From the NCBI GenBank assembly GCA_964016885.1, contig OZ024745.1, forward strand, positions 120,156,001 through 120,220,000: DNA of 64,000 bases, in the 5' to 3' direction. The translations under genes and the position numbers were made by a program. The first letter of the stretch is position 1; the number at the start of each line of letters is the position of its first letter. Positions 56,469-64,000 of the stretch are shown here, piece by piece. A model generated the notes under the pieces. That model had not been told where the DNA came from, did not search any database, and worked only from the letters and a program-made list of their open reading frames with translations. The DNA comes from Eledone cirrhosa. Lineage: Eukaryota.

Positions 56469-57314
56469 TATACACACCCATGGATATATGTTTGTATTTA
56501 TTAATTTATCTATGTGTATATCCTAACATATCACCCGTTAAATATATTTCTGCTCCCATTCTGTAATTCTCAAGGTTTTTTCGATCCAAGCTTCAATTTC
56601 TTCTATTTAATATTATTTCTTATTTTAAATATATTTATTCTTTGTAGCTCCACTCGCATTAAATCTTTATTGTTAATGATTCTATTATTTATCGTATTAT
56701 TTTTACTCTTCTTTCCTTTCATTCAAATTCTGCATCTACATCTCACCGGACAGATTTCTTAAATGGCTTTCTATTTCCAACGCTCTTTACTTCACCATCT
56801 AAATATATAAACTTATTATTTTATCACTTAACCTTTCTAATGCCTCTTTGCTGTGTTAGAGCTAATTCCTCTTTGCTGTGTTGGCGCTTCATCATTCTTC
56901 TTTCCACTTCTCTTTATCATGCCCATTCTTTTCACCTCTCATTCTCCTGCTCATCAATATAGTTATATGTCTTATCACTTTAGATAATATTCCTTTCGTT
57001 TTTGTTGTTGTTTTTTGTGTGGGGAAGGGTTTCACCTGTTTTTATATGTTTATTGTTTTGTCTTTCTAGAACTTTATTCGCGTTTTAAATATTAAGGGTA
57101 GGACAAAATCATTTCATGTTGGCAAATTAAAGAAGCATCCCAGATTGGAGAATTGTGAGATTTCTCAAAGTGTCATAGAAGAGGCCTTGCGGTATTTAAT
57201 ACGGGTTTTACAGTCGTGAGTTCAAATTTTGTTGTGAACAACATTGGTGATCTAACACCCTATTAGTACCACCACCTGACCATTCGGTGACTACGGTGGA
57301 TTCCTTTAAATACA

Positions 57315-57553
<239 letters not shown>

Positions 57554-57889
57554 AAGTTGCAATTGGATGGCATTCACAGGCGTTATGCCAAGATAAGCAC
57601 TCGATGCTATTGGAGAGCAGAGTTTCGATAATGAAAGTTAGGGAACAAAGAATCAGTATTGCATCATATAACATATTTAATCACATATTACATACGTTTC
57701 ACTAATCTTCATCGAAATACAATCTAGAAACTTCATACTAAATCTATACTGACTCTGTGAGTAGAGACCTTGAAACCATGGTCCAATGAGGTTATATAAA
57801 TCATTTAGCATCTAAAAAGATATAATTACAGCACATATCAAAAACCATTTTCGTACCTCGTCACAAGTCAACTCCCAATCAGGAAGAAG

Positions 57890-58560
57890 AGTGTGTGTGT
57901 GTGTGTGCGTCTGTAGATTCTTTGTTTTTTGTGCATGTGTGTGTGCATAATTATGTGTGTGCGTGTGTCTGTTTATGTATGTGTATACATGTTGTTTATG
58001 AACGTGTGTGTCTATGTTTATGTGGATGTTTTGTGTGTGTGTGTATGTTTATGTGGTTGTTTTGTGTGTGTGTGTGTATGTGTTTATGTGTGGATGTTTT
58101 GTGTGTGTCTGTATGTTTATGTGGTTGTTTTGTGTGTGTGTGTATGTGTTTATGTGTGGATGTTTTATGTGTGTGTGTATGTGTTTATGTGTGGATGTTT
58201 TGTGTGTGTGTGTATGTTTATGTGTGAATGTCTTGTGTGTGTGTGTGTATGTTTGTGTGGATGTTTTGTGTGTGTGTGTATGTTTGTGTGGATGTTTTGT
58301 GTGTGTGTGTGTATGTTTAGGTGTGGATGTTTTGTGTGTGGAAGTTTTGTGTATGTGTGTGTATGTTTATGTTTTGTGTGTGTATGTTCATGTGGTTGTT
58401 TTTTGTGTGTGTGTATGTTTATGCGTGGATATTTTGTGCGTGTATGTGTACGTGCGTATATGTGTATGTTTGTGTAAGACTGTGTGAACGTGTAAGTGTG
58501 TGTGTGTATTTTCACGTAGGTGTCGGAATTATTTTATGTTTAATGTGTGTGTGCGTGTGT
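57890..58560. repeat. GT-rich minisatellite ((gt)n-atgtttatgtggatgtttt)
   Basis: Direct reading of the sequence. Confidence 0.9.
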
Positions 58561-58683
58561 TCGTAATTGTGTGACTATGTTTATAAGTGAGTGTATATGT
58601 ATCTGTATATATTTGTGTATATGTCTCCATGTATGTGTTTGTGACTTTCTGTGTTGCCTGTATCAGAATTATGTTGTGTGTAT

Positions 58684-58870
58684 GTGGATTGGCAGTATCT
58701 GTAGGGGGTCGGGCGTCATGCTTTGACGCATAGAGTTACGGCCCTTTCAACTCTGAGTTCAAATCCCTCCGGGGTCAACTTTGCCTTTCATCCTTACGGG
58801 GCCGATAAAATAAAGTACCAGTAATGCACTGGGTAATTGCTGGCCTTGTGCCAAAAGTAGAAACAATTAT
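58684..58870 (+). mobile_element. SINE family S
   Basis: Matches the other copies. Confidence 0.9.
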
Positions 58871-58967
58871 TTTGTGTGCATGTATGTGGACGTAAGAGTG
58901 TGTATTTTTATGCATGGGTAAGTCTGTGTGTAGAGGAAAGTGTGTGTATGCGCATATACACGTGTAG

Positions 58968-59335
58968 TCCGAGATGGAATGGCTCTTCCAGCGCATCTCC
59001 CTTAGCATCCTCCGATGAAACGCCTTCTCCATTCTGCCCGCGGGGGCTGTGGGGGGGAGGCCAGCACGTGGGACGCCATTTGCTCACTATCCTTCAGCAA
59101 AGGTCACTTAGGTAAATCTGACCTGTATGAGGGTGCTTTTTACATCTTCCAAACCAATGACAACAACAACAAACTGCTCTCTTAACAAAAATGTTAACAC
59201 TTATTAACTCTGTGAGACGGCCAGCACGTGGGGCCCTATTTGTTCACTATACAGAGAGATAGGGAGGGCGAGAGAGATAGGGGCGATGACGGTGGGTGTT
59301 CGGCTCTTCTGCGTTCGGACACTTTGCACCTGACA
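58968..59335 (+). mobile_element. Two CRE-type LINE 3' fragments
   Basis: EMEWLFQRISLSILR*NAFSIL at 58970-59040. UTR piece 59212-59335 is homologous to 62550-62665. Confidence 0.65.
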
Positions 59336-59983
59336 AGAGTGTATGTTGTATTTAATAATCCATTTGTAACATACTTTCAATAACAAGTATGGCTCTATCC
59401 AAGGAATATTTGGTCAGCACTTTGGTGTTAGTTAAGTGTCCAGTGAGGAAGTAGTCAAAGAAAAAGTGGTTAAAGAGGAGAGACAGAGGAGGAAAGAGAG
59501 AGAGGTGGTGGCGCACGCAGAACGGAAGTGGTTTGGGGGAGAAGTGATGGCAGCGAACGTATGCCTGTGTGTGTGTGTATTGCGTGTATATTGGTGGTAC
59601 GGGGGGGGGGGGGTGAAGGTGAATTCAGTCGTAGACGATAGTTGTTAGTGTTGATTGGTAGTGTGTAGGTGTGGGTGTGGATGTGTATAGGTGGTAGAGG
59701 GGGGAGGAAGGTGAATTTAGATTATTAGTAGTGTTAGTCGGTCAGAAGGTGTGTATGGGTGGTAAAGAAGTGGGGTGTGGAGGTAGAAGGAGGCATGGTG
59801 TAGTGTATTGTTATTGGTGGGTGGTGTGGCTCATTAGTTAGGGTCATGGGTGGGGTTAAACGTATAATGAGGGTCATACGGGTGTAACTGGTAAATGAAA
59901 TTTTAATAGTCAATTATAATTTATTTGTGTTAAAAATTGTAAAAACTTGATATTGTTTACAGTAACAATAACAATGATAATAA

Positions 59984-60161
59984 TTGCTTCTAGTTTGGGC
60001 ACAAGGCCAGCAATTAACCACTGTATTACTGGTACTTTATTTGATCGATCCCGTAAAGATGGAAGGTAAACTTAACCTCGGCGGAATTTGAACTCATATC
60101 ATAAAGGGCCGTAACTCTTTGCTGCAAAGCATGGCGTCCGACCCTCTACTGGTACTGCCAA
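59984..60161 (-). mobile_element. SINE family S
   Basis: Matches the other copies. Confidence 0.85.
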
Positions 60162-60179
60162 TAATGACAACTATAATGA

Positions 60180-61615
60180 CGGCAATAATAAAAACAAAAA
60201 AAGGGAAACATAAGGAAAGGAAGAATAGGGAAATATAAAGAAAAAAGAGAGAAAGAAAAAAGAAAAAGAATGGGAGGCGGAGGAGGTGGAAAGAGCTCTG
60301 GTGTTGCAGAGAGAGGGGAGGGTGAATTGTGAGGGGATTGGGCTTCGAGCCTAGTGCAAGAAGGCAGAAGTGCTGCGCCCCGCGAACAAGAGGGCAAAGG
60401 CCAGTGACACCAGTTGCAACAGACACCCAAACTCGCGGGGCTCCCTCCTCAGACGGGCCACCGACGCTCCTATCTTGTGGAGGAGCTCGACAGTACGGGG
60501 TCCAAGTACATATGAGGTCTCGACGGTGACCGGTGCGAAGAGGAAGCGGCTGGACAAACCCCGGTTTATTTTACGTTCTTCTGCAAGGCGAGCTGCGGTG
60601 CCGGGGTTTGTGGCCGAAGCGACTAAGTTGGAGGCGGAGAATGTGTCGCAGCTGGTGGCGTCCCAGATGAGAGATCTAACTCCTTCGAATGGGAAGAGGG
60701 TGATTCCATCGGGGCGCTTGCCATCTCCGCAGTCTAGGCCTGCTGGCTCCAGTTGAGATGGAAAGCTAGCTGCGTCCAGGCTTCTTCTCAATATGTCGTT
60801 GAGAGCGGTGTGTGAGCGGAACCGGCCTGTGCTCTGGCGGCAAGACAGAATGTGTAGGCGGAACTTGTCAACAACCACCCCGCAATGGCATTTATGTGGA
60901 TCACACACGCGGAGGCCAAGGCGTTGGGCTACTCCGATGCGAGTGCACTCATCATTAAAAAGGGTACCGGTTGATGACGAGGGCACCGGTTGATGGCGAG
61001 GGCACCGAATTGATCCACGCCCGCTGTTGGGCTGAGAAGCGGAACGGAGGCAGGCGAGGTGGTGTTGGTCCAAGCCAGACTCGATTCACCTGACAGAAGA
61101 CCTGCAATTAATGTCGCTCCTGTTACGTTGGACCGTAGTATACTGGGGATACAGAGGCCTTCACCTGTCCAGTAGGCCAGAGCCTGTTCCCTCTCAGGGG
61201 CCAGGTCAGGTTCAGCCGTCTGGCTGAGAACCTCGCTGACGAGAGCGCGACAGGAGATAGAGGTGAGGTAGGCAGGTCCGAAGCTGATCAGAAGCCGAGG
61301 CCACCAAACCTCGCTAGGAGTGTCGCCTGTTGCCAGTCTGCGCTGACTAAACTGACATTGCAGATGAGTTCCGCACAGCATCGAATGGTGGCGTCAAGTT
61401 CCCCGAGAAGATCTGCGTGGGGGTGACAAGGTGCACCGCGCAGCGTGAATGTGAGTTTGCGGAGGGCGAAACAGTTCCTCAAGAGGAAGAGCACAGGATG
61501 AGCGTCAATGGGGTGCAGCTTCTCTTCTAATCGAGACAAATCTGCGTACTTGGTCTCCAGTCATTCTCTTATGACTTTCAGGAGAATGGGAGAGCCGAGA
61601 ATGCATGCGGCGTGC
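60180..61615 (-). mobile_element. 5'-truncated CRE-clade RLE LINE (decayed)
   Basis: LLRNCFALRKLTFTLR, WQQATLLARFGGLG, CHCG...HILSC, HTALNDILRRSL, DGKRPDGITLFPF...WDAT. Confidence 0.85.
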
Positions 61616-61949
61616 CTGGGTGTCAGCCGAGCCCCGACCAGGTAGGGGTGGGAGCACGAACAAAATGTCTAATCGAAAGTTCGTTCACACAATCCCGGCA
61701 CATATTTCCCCCCGAACCCACCCTGTTTAGTACAGATTTGACACCAACCTGGAGCCCGAAGAAGTCGAGAAAAGAGCCCTTCTTCAATTCAGGATGGTGT
61801 TGTGTGACCTGAAAGAGATTTGACCGCCACCTCCAGCAAGTCAAGCTACCGCATAGAGGCCCTCACTCCCTCGCTTGAAACAAACACAATTGTTATAGAG
61901 ATTAAGCATAAGACCCGTATACTGATGAATTCTTATTAGTAGTGCCAGT

Positions 61950-61975
61950 TGTAGTAGTAGTAGTAGTAGTAGTAG

Positions 61976-62026
<51 letters not shown>

Positions 62027-62036
62027 CAGCAGCATC

Positions 62037-62077
<41 letters not shown>

Positions 62078-62142
62078 CAGCAGCAGTAGCAGTAGCAGTA
62101 GTAGTAGCAGCAGCAGCCGTAGTAGTAGTAGTAGTAGTAGTA
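61950..62142. repeat. (TAG)n/(CAG)n microsatellite
   Basis: Direct reading of the sequence. Confidence 0.95.
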
Positions 62143-62544
62143 TTGTTGTGTGGTGATTGCTGGTATGATGATGATGTATACACATATGTTGTTGTTGCTG
62201 ATTGTCCCCTACATGTCGGCCCTTGTGGCTAATAAATGAAATCATTGTTATTGTCGCTGTTGTTGTTGTTGTTGTTGCCTTCCTCTTGTGAATGGTTGTG
62301 ATAGATGTTACTGCTAAAACTATTCCGGCTGTCAAGCAGGCTGCTAAATCAACCTCTGTGAGTGAAGCCCAACTGCCTTCTTGGTGTATAGCATGGAATA
62401 AGCCTGGATAAAGGAGGTGAAACAAAACAGTTTTAAATGTCAACTGCTGTTTTGATATTATTTAAATGTGTCATAGGAAAGACATACATCTCCACTCATA
62501 CACTGTCAGTACACAATGTATATATCGAAAAATATCACATCATC

Positions 62545-62978
62545 CACACGACAGGTGCAATGTGTCCGAACACGGAAGAGTCGAACTCCCATGGTCAACA
62601 CCTCCATCTCTCTCGTCTTCCCCATCTCCCTGTATTGTGAGCAAATGGGGTCCCACGTGCTGGTGGCCCCACATCCCCGGCGGACAGGATGAAGGCGTTT
62701 CCCCGGTAAGGGAAGTGTGCTGGAAGAGCCATTCCATCTCGCGAGGCTCACACTTGCGGCTAGCCAACTCAGCACCCACCCATGCTGGTGAGTAGGGAGG
62801 TAGCCCTAGGGCCAAGGACACCAGAAGTCTCCACTGCCAAGGGCACGACTGCAAATCTGTCGGAGAGCGATCGGTACTTGGAGAGTTTGCCCTCCTCAAC
62901 CCGAAGTGCAACAGGGTTAGTCACAGACTGCACCAGGTTGCAGCTGGAGAAAGTGTCGCTGCAAGTGGCATCCCATGC
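62545..62978 (-). mobile_element. CRE-clade LINE 3' fragment (second family)
   Basis: WDATCSDTFSSCNL...EEGKLSKYRSL...PLAVETSGVLGP...EPREMEWLFQ plus 3' UTR. Confidence 0.8.
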
Positions 62979-63445
62979 GGGGTCATTGGCTTTCGCCATT
63001 TTGAAATTTGGTGAAATTTTAATAAATTTTGTAGGGGGTTTGGGGGGGGGGGGATAGGCGATAAGGCCAATTCCATGGTGGTTTGTTAGAGGAAAATTCT
63101 CCAATGGGCAGTTCGTTCTCTTGTGTAAGTGTTGCTATTAAACGTTTTTTTTTAAGAATGCTCACAAAACGGAGGTATCAAAATCTTGGAGAAACTCACC
63201 GGCGGAGAAAACATTAATCTACCATGTGCATCTTTATATATCCTTTTTGTGAAGTATTCGATGATAATTGGGCATAGTTTCTAACTTTGGTTATTTCTTT
63301 TCAATTCCACTTATTTATCGATTTATTTAGACGGTTGTTGTAATGTTTTGATTTGATTTGATGTAGATTACGGAGTACCTTTGGCTGTACTTGCAGACAC
63401 TTGGATATAAATAATGTGTTTACATATAATGTTTTCTGGATCTGT

Positions 63446-63950
63446 TGAATTTGCTATTGGTAATATGTAACCCATTACAACCTGTCGCGTGGTCAGGTCG
63501 TCGGCGACTAAACCGGCAACCCCACCAAGTTTACTTGATGAGGAGGGTGATGTTGGACACCCTGCAGGACAAAAAACAAAACCTGACAAAGGGCGGAAGA
63601 ACTCATAAGAGTCAATGGCTATCCAAAAGTGTGTAAATATGTATATACACATGTACATATGTATGTATATGCGCGGGGACATAGAAATAGTCGAGTTGGA
63701 CACCCGATCGCGCGGTTAAACCACTGGGAGTGAAGGACCCCTAGCCTTTGTCAGGGCATTCTTCTACGAGGAGGCAACTCAGGAAACTGGGATAACTCCG
63801 AAATAAAACCTGTGGCTCAGTAGTTACCGATGATGTTGATCTTTTCTTCTTTTCGGGTTATAGCTACTGTCGCTCAGAGAGTGGGATTGGTTCAGTGCAC
63901 AGTTTTTCCTCACTTTAAAAAATATCTTCATGCACAGGCATTGCATGATA
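63446..63950 (+). mobile_element. Diverged family R retroposon copy
   Basis: Collinear with the reverse complement of 35730-36095 (ggcgactaaaccggcaaccccaccaag...). Confidence 0.7.
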
Positions 63951-64000
63951 GAATTAAGTAATAATTATTAATAATGATATATCGTGAAATGGCCATACTC

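Overview
AT-rich, microsatellite-laden eukaryotic (animal) genomic DNA with no recognisable host protein-coding exon. Repeat style and the SINE family suggest a cephalopod such as octopus (inference only). Nearly all non-microsatellite sequence is transposon-derived. (1) Penelope-like elements (PLEs): one near full-length decayed Naiad-type copy (38593-43990) with inverted and direct pseudo-LTRs, several truncated Naiad copies and a Neptune-type GIY-YIG fragment. (2) About 20 minimal hammerhead-ribozyme (HHR) motifs read by eye, about 16 of them with an intact CUGANGA...GAAA core. They lie in PLE pLTRs and in short non-coding, often fold-back, elements embedded in (TA)n. (3) R4/Dong-type RLE LINEs in (TAA)n and one in (CATA)n. 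(4) CRE-type LINE fragments. (5) RTE-type fragments, including a 5'-inverted insertion with a TSD, and a non-coding RTE-partner family with a candidate HDV-like ribozyme. (6) Many copies of a tRNA-derived SINE. (7) Helitron-like and hAT-like non-autonomous elements, a 2 kb minisatellite and a ~950 bp tandem array. Most entries in the ORF track are microsatellite artefacts. All structures were read manually and coordinates are approximate.
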